A stretch of 64,000 bases of DNA from Candidatus Fermentibacterota bacterium (GCA_963845085.1 CAWJQI010000001.1:256001-320000); one strand, 5' to 3'; shown: positions 19,366-29,451, numbered from the stretch's first letter. Notes: a model not told the origin generated them from the letters alone. Made by a program: numbers and translations.

Positions 19366-20795
19366 ATGGCCAACCTTGAAGAAAGAATGAGGGAACTCTT
19401 TTCCAGGGTGGAGAAGAACAACAGCTGGCGACAGAGGGAATGCATCAACCTCATCCCCTCTGAGAACACTCCATCCCCCCTGGTCAAGATCTGCGAGCTG
19501 TGCGATCCCGCAGGCCGGTACGCCGAGCACAGGTCCATGAAGGGCAGGGAAGTCTACTTCTACCACGGCACCGACTTCATCCGCGACATAGAGCTCGAGG
19601 CCTCCGCTGCCCTCTGCGAGTACTTCGGCTGCAGCGAGACCGAGCTCAGGCCCGTGAGCGGGCAGATGGCCAACGAGATCGTCTTCAAGGCCGCAGTGAA
19701 GAATGCGAACCGTGAAGGCGGAAACTGGCGCCGACTTCGGGCCGTCATGAACAACGACCTCGGCATGGGCGGTCACCTTTCCAGCCAGCCCATGGGAGCC
19801 CTCTACAACTTCGTCGACAGGAATCCCGCCACCGGTGTGGAGAACTGCGTCAACTTCCCCGTCCAGGCCGGCAACCCGTACAAGATTGACGAAAAGCGGA
19901 TGCTCGCAGCTTCTCGATGAGCACAGGCCCGAGCTTGTTGTGTTCGGCAAGAGCATGTTCCTCTACCCCGAACCGGTGAAGGTTCTGGCCGACCATGTCG
20001 CGGACTGGTCGGACCAGGCCGGTGATCATGTACGACATGGCCCACGTTCTGGGTCTCTACGGTGCCTTCCAGGCACCTCTGGCCGACGGCGCCGATGTTG
20101 TGACGGGATCGACCCACAAGACTTTCTTCGGGCCGCAGAGGGGAGTCATCGCCTCCAACATGGACAGGAAGCACCCCCTGCGGAAGCTCTGGCTCGACAT
20201 AAACAGCAGGGCATTCCCGGGAAGCACTTCGAACCATCATCTCGCAACGCTTCTCGGCCTCCTCGTTGCGACCATCGAAATGAACACGTTCAAGGACGAG
20301 TACCAGAACCAGGTCCTTCGGAACGCAAGGGCGTTCGCCCGCCACCTCGCCGACAACGGCCTTCAGATCGAGGGCGATCCCTCCGACGGCTACACCATGA
20401 CCCACCAGGTCGTCATAAGGGTCAAGGAGCACGGCGACGGGGCCGACGTTGCGGACAGGCTTCAGGCGAACAACATCATGGTCAACTACCAGGCCCTTCC
20501 CGATGATGAAACATTCCTCACCCCCTCCGGGATCCGAACCGGCGTGAGCGAGATGACCCGTTTCGGAATGAACGAGGCCGATTTCGCCCCGCTCGCCGAG
20601 CTCATGGCCGCCGTCATCAAAAGGAGCGAGGATGTGAGGGCGAAGGTCACGGCGCTCAGGGGCCGGTTCACCACGATGCGCTACACCCTCCCCCTCGCGG
20701 AAAGCATCGACATTGCAGCGTCGGCGATGGCCTCATCGTTCCCCACCTCGGAATACACGGCTCTCTTCGCGGAGAATCTAAGGAAGTTCCTTTAA
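19366..20795 (+). pseudogene. glyA: Serine hydroxymethyltransferase split by two +1 frameshifts (pseudogene or sequencing error)
   Basis: INLIPSEN, GGHLS, YDMAH, GSTHKTFFGPQRG and SGIRTG motifs lie across three frames, with extra bases near 19906 and 20015. Confidence 0.8.
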
Positions 20796-20809
20796 ACGGA
20801 GGTGACGAA

Positions 20810-21247
20810 ATGTCGATCTTGATGCTGATGCTCTGCTCTTCCATCTACGGAGGCCAGGGAGGCGATTTCGGCCTTGGGATAATCATCGGAGAGCCCACTG
20901 GCATTTGTTTCAAATACTTCGTCTCACAGGACAGGGCATGGGCGGGAGCCGCCGCCTGGAGCCTTTCAGGAGATGAAAAGGCCGCCCATCTGCATGCCGA
21001 CTACCTCTTTCACGTGTCCGAGCTTGCAAGCTGGGACGGGGGCCGTTCCCCCTTCTACGCAGGGGTCGGCGCGAGGATCCTGTTCCGTGACGAGACCACG
21101 GTCGGCGTTCGAATACCGGTGGGTGTCGCCTGGGTGTTCGACGAGGCGCCCTTCGACGCCTTCCTCGAGATCGCCCCGATGATGGACGTTGCCCCCGATA
21201 CCGACTTCGATGTAGCGGGAGGGGTTGGGGCCAGGTTCTGGTTCTAA
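20810..21247 (+). CDS. DUF3996-like small outer-membrane beta-barrel protein
   Basis: FGLGIIIGEPTG, GVRIPVG and FLEIAP motifs; terminal RFWF. Confidence 0.75.
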   Translation: MSILMLMLCSSIYGGQGGDFGLGIIIGEPTGICFKYFVSQDRAWAGAAAWSLSGDEKAAHLHADYLFHVSELASWDGGRSPFYAGVGARILFRDETTVGVRIPVGVAWVFDEAPFDAFLEIAPMMDVAPDTDFDVAGGVGARFWF

Positions 21248-21263
21248 AGAATTGGAGAGATGA

Positions 21264-23666
21264 ATGAAACTTCTCATAGTCGGAGGGGTCGCAGGCGGTG
21301 CAAGCGCCGCCGCAAGGGCCAGAAGGCTCGATGAGAACGCCGAGATAACGGTCTTTGAGCGGGGGGACTACATCAGTTTCGCCAACTGCGGGCTCCCCTA
21401 CCACATCGGAGGGGCAATCCCCTCCCGGGAAAGCCTTCTCCTCATGACTCCCGAGAAGTTTCTGAAAAGGTTCAACGTAAACTTCCGCACCGGGCATTCC
21501 GTCACCTCGATCAACCCGGAAAAACGCACGATAACCGTCCACGACACCGGAAGGGGCGTTGTAACCGAGGAAGGCTACGACTCGCTGATCCTCTCCCCGG
21601 GCTCCACCCCCCTCGTGCCGCCGATCCCCGGCGCCGACAACCCCGATGTGCTCGTCCTCTGGACAGTGCCCGACATGGATGCCATCATGGAGCGGATATG
21701 GGACGGCGCAACCCGGGCGGTCGTGGTGGGCGGCGGTTTCATTGGCGTTGAAACCGCAGAGAACCTTGTCGCCGCCGGACTCGAGACCACACTGGTGGAG
21801 AAGGAACCCTGGATACTCCCCTTCCTCGATCCCGAAATGACCACACCCCTTGTCCGTGCGCTTTCCGAGGGCGGTGTGCGCCTCCTCGCCGGGTCAACGG
21901 TCGAGGGGATAGAGAAGACACCGGACGGCCTGAGGGTGCTGGTGCAGGGGGCTGCGCCCATCCCGGCGGACTTCGTGGTAATGGCAGCCGGTGTCAGGCC
22001 CAACGGCGCTCTCGCAAAGAACGCAGGCCTTTCCACGGCAGCGAACGGGGCAATCCTCGTTGATGAGCACATGCGCACAAGCGACCCGCACATCTATGCC
22101 GTCGGCGACGCGGTTCAGACCGTGCATCCGATCCTCGGGGACAGGCTTACGATTCCCCTTGCCGGTCCGGCGAACCGACAGGGCCGCATTGCCGCCGAGA
22201 ACGCCCTGGGGGGAAACGTGAAATGCCCGGGAACCCTGGGCGCCTCCATCGTGAAGGTCTTCAACATCACGGCGGCATCGGCGGGCGCCTCGGAAGCCCA
22301 GCTCGCACGCAGGGCAATCCCCTTTGAAAAGATCTACCTGCACCCCTCCTCCCATGCTTCGTACTACCCGGGTTCGGCCAAGATCAACATGAAGCTGGTA
22401 ATGAGCCCCGGGGGCGTTGTCCTCGGAGCCCAGGCCGTGGGGGAGGACGGCGTTGACAAAAGGATCGACGTCCTCGCAACCGCGATACGCAAGGGGCTTT
22501 CAGTCCGTGACCTGACCGAACTCGAGCTCTGCTACGCCCCGCCGTACGGCAGCGCCAAGGATCCCGTCAACTATGCCGGCTATATCGGCTGCAATATCCT
22601 CGACGGGCTCTCAAGGCAGGTTCATGTGCATGACATACCGCCCGACGCCTTCCTTCTCGATGTGAGGGAATCAGAGGAGTGGGAGCTCGGATCGATCCCG
22701 GGCAGCACACACATCCCCCTCGACTCGCTTCGCCACAGGCTTGGCGAGATCCCACTGGACAGACCCGTCGTGGTCTTCTGCGCCCAGGGACAGAGGGCCT
22801 ACTCGGCGGAAAGAATGCTGAGGCAGAAGGGTTACGACGTGAAGAACCTTTCGGGAGGCTTCACAACCTGGAGCATGTTCCACCCCCCATCGCAAAGGGT
22901 TGCCGGGGCAGCGAGGCAGACCGCTGCGGCACCGGCCGTTGAGGCCGATGCGGTTGTCGATGCATCCGGGCTCCAGTGCCCGGGGCCGATCGTGCAGGTT
23001 GCAAGGGCGATGAAGGAACTCGCACCCGGAAAGGTCCTGAAGGCGGTCGCAACCGACCGCGGTTTCAGAAGCGATCTCCCGGCCTGGTGCGGTTCAACCG
23101 GCAACACACTTCTTTCGATGACAGAAGAAAAGGGTGTCTTCACCGCCCTGGTGAGGAGGGGGGGAACCGAAGCACCCAGGAAGACTGAGGAACCGAACAA
23201 ACGAACCACCATGGTCCTGTTTTCCGGCGACATGGACAAAAACCTCGCGGCGCTGATCATCGCAACCGGCTTCGCAAGCCTCGGGCACAAGGTCACGGTG
23301 TTCTGCACTTTCTGGGGGCTCTCCATCCTCAGAAAGCAGAACCCTCCAAAACTGCGCAAGACCCTTCTTGAAAAGATGTTCGGCATGATGCTGCCCAGGG
23401 GGGCGAAACGACTCGCCCTCTCCAAGCTTCACATGATGGGCGCCGGAACGGCCATGATGAGGCACGTCATGAGGTCGAAGGGGGTCGACTCACTCCCGGT
23501 CATGCTCTCAAGGGCAATGGAAATGGGTGTTGTCTTCCAGGCCTGCGAGATGTCCATGGGCGTGATGGGCATCGCGAAGGAAGAGCTTCTGGACGGAGTT
23601 GAAACCGCAGGAGTCGGCACGTTCGCCTCGCTGGCCGAGAAGAGCGCGGCGACGCTGTTCATCTAG
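21264..23666 (+). CDS. CoA-disulfide reductase fused to rhodanese, TusA and DsrE2-like domains
   Basis: GGVAGG, SFANCGLPY, YAPPY, rhodanese FCAQGQR, TusA GLQCPGP, and DsrE FCTFWG...ACEMSM. Confidence 0.92.
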   Translation: MKLLIVGGVAGGASAAARARRLDENAEITVFERGDYISFANCGLPYHIGGAIPSRESLLLMTPEKFLKRFNVNFRTGHSVTSINPEKRTITVHDTGRGVVTEEGYDSLILSPGSTPLVPPIPGADNPDVLVLWTVPDMDAIMERIWDGATRAVVVGGGFIGVETAENLVAAGLETTLVEKEPWILPFLDPEMTTPLVRALSEGGVRLLAGSTVEGIEKTPDGLRVLVQGAAPIPADFVVMAAGVRPNGALAKNAGLSTAANGAILVDEHMRTSDPHIYAVGDAVQTVHPILGDRLTIPLAGPANRQGRIAAENALGGNVKCPGTLGASIVKVFNITAASAGASEAQLARRAIPFEKIYLHPSSHASYYPGSAKINMKLVMSPGGVVLGAQAVGEDGVDKRIDVLATAIRKGLSVRDLTELELCYAPPYGSAKDPVNYAGYIGCNILDGLSRQVHVHDIPPDAFLLDVRESEEWELGSIPGSTHIPLDSLRHRLGEIPLDRPVVVFCAQGQRAYSAERMLRQKGYDVKNLSGGFTTWSMFHPPSQRVAGAARQTAAAPAVEADAVVDASGLQCPGPIVQVARAMKELAPGKVLKAVATDRGFRSDLPAWCGSTGNTLLSMTEEKGVFTALVRRGGTEAPRKTEEPNKRTTMVLFSGDMDKNLAALIIATGFASLGHKVTVFCTFWGLSILRKQNPPKLRKTLLEKMFGMMLPRGAKRLALSKLHMMGAGTAMMRHVMRSKGVDSLPVMLSRAMEMGVVFQACEMSMGVMGIAKEELLDGVETAGVGTFASLAEKSAATLFI

Positions 23667-23670
23667 GGGG

Positions 23671-24237
23671 CTAGAGAAGGGCCTGCTTCTCGCCTTTTTC
23701 AAGCAGCAATGCCACTTTGGCCGCACGGGTCCTGCGGGTGTCAGGCTTTCTGGCCACCGCCACGAAATCCATGTACCTTTTCCTGTATGACGGGGCGAGT
23801 TCAGCGAAAAAGAGGGCGGCGCGCTCGTTCCCTTCGAGCGCCTCCTCCAGCTCGGAAGGCATCGTGAACTCCCTCGCGGGCTTTTCGTACCAGGTTCCGC
23901 GCTCCCTGGCGATCCGCACCTGCTCCATCCCGGCCTCGGTCATCAGCCCCCTGGCGATCAGGTCAACAGCCCGCTCGCGGTTGGCTTCGCTCCACTCGCT
24001 TCCGCGACGCCTTGGTGTGAACAGCCTGAGGTAGTGGCATTCGTCCTTCCGGGTGATCAGGCTGTCGATCCACCCGAAACAGATCGCCTCTTCCAGCGCA
24101 TCTTCATAGCTGACAAGCGAATTCGGGGCCCTGCGGAATTCGAGCCAAACCCCCGGGGACAATTCGTGGTTGTGCTCGAGCCAGGCCCGCCATTGAGCCC
24201 TGCTTAAAAGTGACAGTGTCTCCCGGTTTGCAGCCAT
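23671..24237 (-). CDS. YdeI/OmpD-associated family protein
   Basis: WRAWLEHNH, EAICFGWIDS, FTPRRRGSEWS and ARKPDTR. Confidence 0.88.
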   Translation of the reverse strand: MAANRETLSLLSRAQWRAWLEHNHELSPGVWLEFRRAPNSLVSYEDALEEAICFGWIDSLITRKDECHYLRLFTPRRRGSEWSEANRERAVDLIARGLMTEAGMEQVRIARERGTWYEKPAREFTMPSELEEALEGNERAALFFAELAPSYRKRYMDFVAVARKPDTRRTRAAKVALLLEKGEKQALL

Positions 24238-24381
24238 GGCATAAAAACTCCATCAGCCGGGCCTCCCTGTCAAGTGCCTTCGAGCCGGGGGATTGACCCT
24301 CAGTTCCCCGGGGCGTAACTTCGCACCCATGGTGCCGTGCGTCCTTACCGCCACCCTTCCCCGAGGCCGGAGGGATCCCCG

Positions 24382-25389
24382 TTGTTTTCTGGCGAGTACC
24401 TTGCCGGGCTTGTCTCATCGCTGGACATCGTTGGCCAGATGGGGCTGCTCGTTCTTCTCGGATTCCTGATCGTTCGAAGGCGCTGGATATCCTCCGGCAC
24501 CCTGTCCGATCTTACGCGGGTGCTCATCGACCTTGTCATTCCATGCGCCTTCATCCTGGCCATGACACGGTCCTTCACGTTCGACCTTTTCCGCCAGGCA
24601 ATGGTTCTTGCGATAGTTGTTGCCGCATGGATCACACTCACGTGGGTGTTCGGAACATCGTGGTTCCGGCTTTTCCGGGGCGGCACCGCCACGGGGGACC
24701 GATCCGTGACAGCGATGATGATGATATCGAACTCCATCTACCTTCCGCTGCCAGTCATCCTCGCGGTAACCCCCGAACCCCTTCGGGACACGGCCGTGGT
24801 CTACGTCTCAATCGCCGCCCTGCCTTCCATTGCCATAATGTGGACCGCGGGCGTGCTCCTTCTCAGCGGCGCCGAACGGCCATCCACGGGGGAGCGCCTC
24901 AGGCTCATGCTGAATGCGCCCATACTCTCCCTTGTCGCCGGAATCCTTCTAACCCTTGTCCCGGGGGTTCGCGAAGCGGCGCGTGCCGAACCCGGAGCCT
25001 TCATCCCCCTCGGAATGCTGTTCTCCGTGATGAACTACCTCAGCCAGATGCTCACGCCTCTTGCAATGCTGATTCTCGGCGGGATGATCGCCTCGGGCAG
25101 CGGGACGGGCCATGCGGGCCTCAGGTATGCGATCCCGCTGATCGGGGTCAGGCTGCTGCTGGTTCCGGGAATAGTCTGTATTCTGCTCCGGTCGGGGCTT
25201 CTTGATCTGCCTTCCCTTGCGGGCACTGTCCTGTTGCTTGTGGCGGCTGCGCCGCCGGCCACGAACCATTCTCTGATTGCGCTTCGGTATCACGGGGAAT
25301 GGAACCTGGTGGCCAGGCTTCAGCTCATCGCACATGCCGCCGCCCTGATCACGCTGCCCATCTGGCTCAGCATAGGTCTGGCTTCATAG
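24382..25389 (+). CDS. AEC (auxin efflux carrier) family transporter
   Basis: About 10 TM helices; SNSIYLPLP, PLAMLILG and AAPPA motifs; GGAGG before TTG 24382; upstream promoter TTGACC-17-TAACTT. Confidence 0.88.
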   Translation: MFSGEYLAGLVSSLDIVGQMGLLVLLGFLIVRRRWISSGTLSDLTRVLIDLVIPCAFILAMTRSFTFDLFRQAMVLAIVVAAWITLTWVFGTSWFRLFRGGTATGDRSVTAMMMISNSIYLPLPVILAVTPEPLRDTAVVYVSIAALPSIAIMWTAGVLLLSGAERPSTGERLRLMLNAPILSLVAGILLTLVPGVREAARAEPGAFIPLGMLFSVMNYLSQMLTPLAMLILGGMIASGSGTGHAGLRYAIPLIGVRLLLVPGIVCILLRSGLLDLPSLAGTVLLLVAAAPPATNHSLIALRYHGEWNLVARLQLIAHAAALITLPIWLSIGLAS

Positions 25390-25412
25390 AGAAGGGGCCG
25401 CGCCCCACGGGC
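25361..25412 (+). repeat. 52-bp direct repeat, copy 1 (AEC 3' end plus half of a terminator)
   Basis: TCTGGCTCAGCATAGGTCTGGCTTCATAGAGAAGGGGCCGCGCCCCACGGGC; 51/52 identical to 27329-27380. Confidence 0.95.
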
Positions 25413-25486
25413 GACAACTGAAACCTGCAGGCGATGACGGAGAGGGAGTTGCGGGGATCGATCAGAGTGAAGGATACCGGAATGTG

Positions 25487-27172
25487 CTACCTGATCAGCA
25501 CAACTCGTGTTGTTGCGGTCGAAGCCCCGGCCTGCAGCCGGCAGAAGTAGATTCCGGGCGGGAGATGGGAACCATCGAATACCACCGCGTGGGCCCCTGC
25601 CGTCATACTGCCCTCGGCGAGGACCCTGATCGTGCGGCCCGACAGATCGAAGACCCTCATCTCGACATCTGCCGGCGCCGGCAGATCGAAGATGAGCGTC
25701 GAGACGGAAACACATGGGTTCGGAGAAGCCAGCATGAGGATTCCTGGGCCGGGTAGCGCAGGTTCTTCGTCAATACCGACCCAACCGCCCGCCCCGCAGC
25801 CGCCGTAGGCACCCATGTCGTTCCGCAGGAGCCCCAGAGCAGGCCAGAGGGCATAGCCTGGATTAGCGGGATCCTCGGGATCGTTGAAGGCTGGTCCCGG
25901 ATCCCCCGAATCGATACACGGCGAAGGTGCTTCGGGGTCGAGGTACCGTTCATCCGGGAAATTCGGATCGAAGCATGGATCAAGGTCGATGTTCCCGTCG
26001 CTCCAGTAGAGTTGTGAACCTGATCCGACGGTAACCCCTGCCTCGCCGCCCCCGATATCCGAGTAGCCAACCGTGAGAGTGGAACCGGATTGGAGGAGTA
26101 TGCCCGATTCCTGGGGGAAGTCTTCATTCCACAGGATGCAGTTCCTGATGGATGCCTGGCTGCCCTCCAGCAGAACCCCTATGGCGCCCCCCCCCTCGTT
26201 GTCAGAGATGGTGTTGTTGAAGATGTCGATTGTCGTGCTGTTGAGAAGGGAGATTGCTCCGCCCTGATTGTTGCAGATGAGGTTGTTGCGGATCGAGTGG
26301 CCGGAAGCAGTGTGAACATATATGCCCCCTCCTTCCGCATTGCAGATGTTCTGGCTGATGATATTGAGCTCGATCACGCATCCGGTCTGGTTTCCAAGGT
26401 TGACAGTCCCATAGGCTGCCCAGTTTCCTTCGAACAGGTTCGATGCGACCAGGATTTCACAACCTGCGTCCAAATACAGTCCACCGCCGAAGGCGGCGCC
26501 GTTCCCTGTGAATGTGTTTCCGATAACCTCGCCAGTGCAGCCTTCGAGGTGGATGCCGCCTCCACTCGATCCTGTTGCGGCGGAGGAAGCGTAGTTACCC
26601 TCGAAGATGTTGCCCTCGACGGATACATTCGAGCAGGCAGACAGGTAGATGCCTCCGCCCCTGCGCGTCGAATACACACCGGATGAAGAGATCGAGTTGC
26701 TTTGCAAATGGTTGTCATGGATGACCGGTGAACCACCCCACGCATGAATGCCGCCACCCGTTACGGTGGAGCTTGACCAGACATGGTTGCTGTGGATAAA
26801 GTTGCTGACAATGGATGGAGAGGTGTTGGCGCACATCACGCCTCCGCCCGCTCCGCCCGTGCCGGTCCCGTTGATGATCGTGAAGCCTTCGATCCGGGCA
26901 GTCGAATCCTGGCCGCCAGCAATGGTCACAACACTGCCCGAACCAGTGCCGCATATAACGACTCCCGAGTCGGACCAGTCATCGCTTGTCAGTACAATAT
27001 TCCTGTCGAGGAAATCGATGTTTTCGACGTAGAAGCCCTGCATCACGAGAACTGTGTCACCGTCTGCGGAGGCGCCGATCGCCTGCTGAATGTGGGGATA
27101 GTCATCCGGAACGACGAGAGTGGCAGCCATCAACGTGGATGCGACAAGCAGGCATGCAGCGAAGAATTTCAC
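25487..27172 (-). CDS. Secreted right-handed beta-helix protein with a FlgD/T9SS-like C-terminal tail
   Basis: Signal peptide, VPDDYPHIQQAI, GGGI/N-rich PbH1 repeats, RNDMGAYGG and a PNP...FDLSGR...GIYFCRL tail. Confidence 0.88.
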   Translation of the reverse strand: MKFFAACLLVASTLMAATLVVPDDYPHIQQAIGASADGDTVLVMQGFYVENIDFLDRNIVLTSDDWSDSGVVICGTGSGSVVTIAGGQDSTARIEGFTIINGTGTGGAGGGVMCANTSPSIVSNFIHSNHVWSSSTVTGGGIHAWGGSPVIHDNHLQSNSISSSGVYSTRRGGGIYLSACSNVSVEGNIFEGNYASSAATGSSGGGIHLEGCTGEVIGNTFTGNGAAFGGGLYLDAGCEILVASNLFEGNWAAYGTVNLGNQTGCVIELNIISQNICNAEGGGIYVHTASGHSIRNNLICNNQGGAISLLNSTTIDIFNNTISDNEGGGAIGVLLEGSQASIRNCILWNEDFPQESGILLQSGSTLTVGYSDIGGGEAGVTVGSGSQLYWSDGNIDLDPCFDPNFPDERYLDPEAPSPCIDSGDPGPAFNDPEDPANPGYALWPALGLLRNDMGAYGGCGAGGWVGIDEEPALPGPGILMLASPNPCVSVSTLIFDLPAPADVEMRVFDLSGRTIRVLAEGSMTAGAHAVVFDGSHLPPGIYFCRLQAGASTATTRVVLIR

Positions 27173-27328
27173 GGCAACCTCCAGAGTTTTAATCCCAACG
27201 CATTAAATGCATACTTACATTACGGATCAGCGTCAATACCGGAAGTTGCTTTCGAGATGTGAGCCCGGCGGTGGCAGGAAACCGACCAATCTACCATTAT
27301 GTTTTCGAGGTATCGTCACCCCTGCCCC

Positions 27329-27380
27329 TCTGGCTCAGCATTGGTCTGGCTTCATAGAGAAGGGGCCGCGCCCCACGGGC
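27329..27380 (+). repeat. 52-bp direct repeat, copy 2
   Basis: Matches 25361-25412 with one synonymous-position mismatch; degenerate similarity extends about 13 bp further upstream. Confidence 0.95.
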
Positions 27381-27391
27381 ACGGCCCCTTC
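27359..27391. terminator. GC-rich hairpin, probable terminator
   Basis: GAAGGGGCCG-CGCCC-CAC-GGGCA-CGGCCCCTTC inverted repeat. Confidence 0.65.
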
Positions 27392-27405
27392 GAACATCGC
27401 TTTCG

Positions 27406-28620
27406 CTACCAGGGCCAGGGAATGCGTTTTCTGAGGCTGACCTCGACCTCTTCGCGGTTCCAGTCCGTGGGGCGGACCACCTTCTCGTCCGGCACCACCA
27501 GGCTGCCAACGTAGCTCGCGTCCTCGTAGACCCTGGTGATCTGTTCGGCTATCTGACGAATGTCGTCGGCCGTCGCAACGCCGTTGTCCGTCGCCTTGTA
27601 GAACTGAACCGTCACCCTTATCGGGAACCTGTCGTCGCGGATGAGCCGGTTCCCGTCTATCTCGCGGAACGGACCCTCGAGCTCGCCGTGACCCACCACA
27701 GCGGCCTCGACCGTGCTGCGCCCCATGCCGCCCGCTCCAGAGGGAGCCGCGCAGCTCTCGGTGCAGGCCGCCTCGAACCAGAGGTTTGGCCTTTCCCTCT
27801 GCCGAAGAGGGATCTGGATGAGGAGCACCATGTTCAGCCCCTCCTCACCCGCCGCCGACAGGCCCTCTGCGTTGCCGTCGCCGCCCGACTCGACAAAATC
27901 GCTCAGCCGGGTCCCGGTGAAGCTCGCCCTCTGACCGTCCGCGTTGTAGAACAACTGCTGACCCCAGCCGTACGAACCCTCCGGGTAGTACTCGCTCGAA
28001 TTGTCTATGATGGTCGCACTTGTCCCCTCACGGGTAGCCACTATCGCAAGCACACCGGGATCACCCTCGTACGACTGGTAGTTGTAAAGAACCGGATTGA
28101 AGATCGCCTCGCCGTCGTCGGGTATCGGAAGGAACACCGCCTGTGCGCTCACAAGCACCACGCTGTCACGAGGGGCCCACAGTCCGCGGGTACGGCCCGG
28201 CCAGTCCGAAGGGTCGTGAAGGTAGTCGCGAAGCCCCCAGACGTAGTCGCTCAGACTGACCGGCGTGAGATCACCCTCGCCGCTCTCGTTGCCGACAAGA
28301 AGGTAGAACTCCTCGGGATCAATGTCGGCCGATATGTCGTGAAAGTTCGGGTAGCGGATCACAGGCATCGCTGTGCAGTGCCTCTCCCGATCGCTCCCGT
28401 GCTGAACCTGTATGGTCAGGTCGGAGATGTTCGGCCCCCAGCAGGAACCGGCGTACCTGCCGGTGTCCTCCCACGTAACGTTCACCACGTTCAGCCCGTA
28501 CTGCTCGCAGATCCGGCTGACGTCGCCGTCCCAGGTCATCTCCGAAACCCTCTGAACGACCGACTCGTAATCGGAAGGACCCTTCAGGGCCGCGATCAAC
28601 AGAAGAAACATGTATGTCAC
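27406..28620 (-). CDS. Conserved hypothetical exported protein
   Basis: AAGGAG Shine-Dalgarno, signal-like N-terminus, and motif-like blocks TWEDTGRY..GPNISD, FNPVLYNYQS and RDDRFPIRVTVQFY. Confidence 0.8.
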   Translation of the reverse strand: MTYMFLLLIAALKGPSDYESVVQRVSEMTWDGDVSRICEQYGLNVVNVTWEDTGRYAGSCWGPNISDLTIQVQHGSDRERHCTAMPVIRYPNFHDISADIDPEEFYLLVGNESGEGDLTPVSLSDYVWGLRDYLHDPSDWPGRTRGLWAPRDSVVLVSAQAVFLPIPDDGEAIFNPVLYNYQSYEGDPGVLAIVATREGTSATIIDNSSEYYPEGSYGWGQQLFYNADGQRASFTGTRLSDFVESGGDGNAEGLSAAGEEGLNMVLLIQIPLRQRERPNLWFEAACTESCAAPSGAGGMGRSTVEAAVVGHGELEGPFREIDGNRLIRDDRFPIRVTVQFYKATDNGVATADDIRQIAEQITRVYEDASYVGSLVVPDEKVVRPTDWNREEVEVSLRKRIPWPW

Positions 28621-28698
28621 CTTCGAACTCCTTTCATGTGAACAAACCAGATACGGCGCATCGGACCGGTCTATTCCATCGGGAGTTCAAGCCGGCCC

Positions 28699-29451
28699 TC
28701 AGTCCAGCAGGGCGGCCCCCAGGGCTCCCGTGATCCGGGGTTCGGGCGGGATGAGCAGCACGAGCCCGGTCTCGTGCTCGACGGCCCTCACCACTCCCGG
28801 GTTCCGGGCCACTCCTCCCGTGAAAACCAGCGGGGCCTTGAGACCCGTGCCGCCGGCCATGCCCACGGTTCTCGCGGCAACTGACCTGAAAACCCCCCGG
28901 AGGATCTTCTCCTTCGGAACGCCGCCCTGCAGAAGGCCAATGATCTCACTTTCGGCGAAGACCGCGCACATCGTGCTGATCTCCACGCAATCGTCACCGC
29001 CGCGCGTGGCTTCGTCCATCTCCGCGAGCGGGATACCGATGATGTCTCCGGCCATTTCAATGAAACGACCAGTGCCGGCCGCGCACCTGTCGTTCATCGA
29101 GAAGTCCATCGGCTTGCCGTTCTCGAGGCGGATGATTTTGGAATCCTGCCCCCCGATGTCAATTATACTCACGGCATCGGGAAATATTTGGCTGACGCCT
29201 CTGGCGTGGCAGATTATCTCGCTGCAGGTTCGCGTGGCATGGGGAAAGTAGTTCCGGCCATACCCGGTCGCCACTATCGATTCAAGGTCGCCGATGCAAA
29301 GGCCGTTCCTGCCGGTGATCTGCATGAAGAGCTCCACGGCGTTCCCGCGGGGGTCCCTCAGGCTGTCCCCGATGATCATGTCAACGATCGAAGCACCATC
29401 GTGAAGAACAACCTCAACGCTTCTGGCGCCGATGTCGACACCGCACCTCAT
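28699..29451 (-). CDS. HgdC/BadF-type ATP-dependent [4Fe-4S] activator
   Basis: GVDIGA, ATGYGR, EIICHARG, DIGGQDSK, MNDRCAAGTG and STMCAVFAESE. Confidence 0.93.
   Translation of the reverse strand: MRCGVDIGARSVEVVLHDGASIVDMIIGDSLRDPRGNAVELFMQITGRNGLCIGDLESIVATGYGRNYFPHATRTCSEIICHARGVSQIFPDAVSIIDIGGQDSKIIRLENGKPMDFSMNDRCAAGTGRFIEMAGDIIGIPLAEMDEATRGGDDCVEISTMCAVFAESEIIGLLQGGVPKEKILRGVFRSVAARTVGMAGGTGLKAPLVFTGGVARNPGVVRAVEHETGLVLLIPPEPRITGALGAALLD

Noticed and set aside
19835..20506. Separate 223-aa gene
   Set aside because: Only its 19907-20014 segment is meaningful, as the middle piece of glyA.
24329..24469. Out-of-frame ATG ORF right after the AEC promoter (possible leaderless uORF)
   Set aside because: No supporting coding signal; could be chance.
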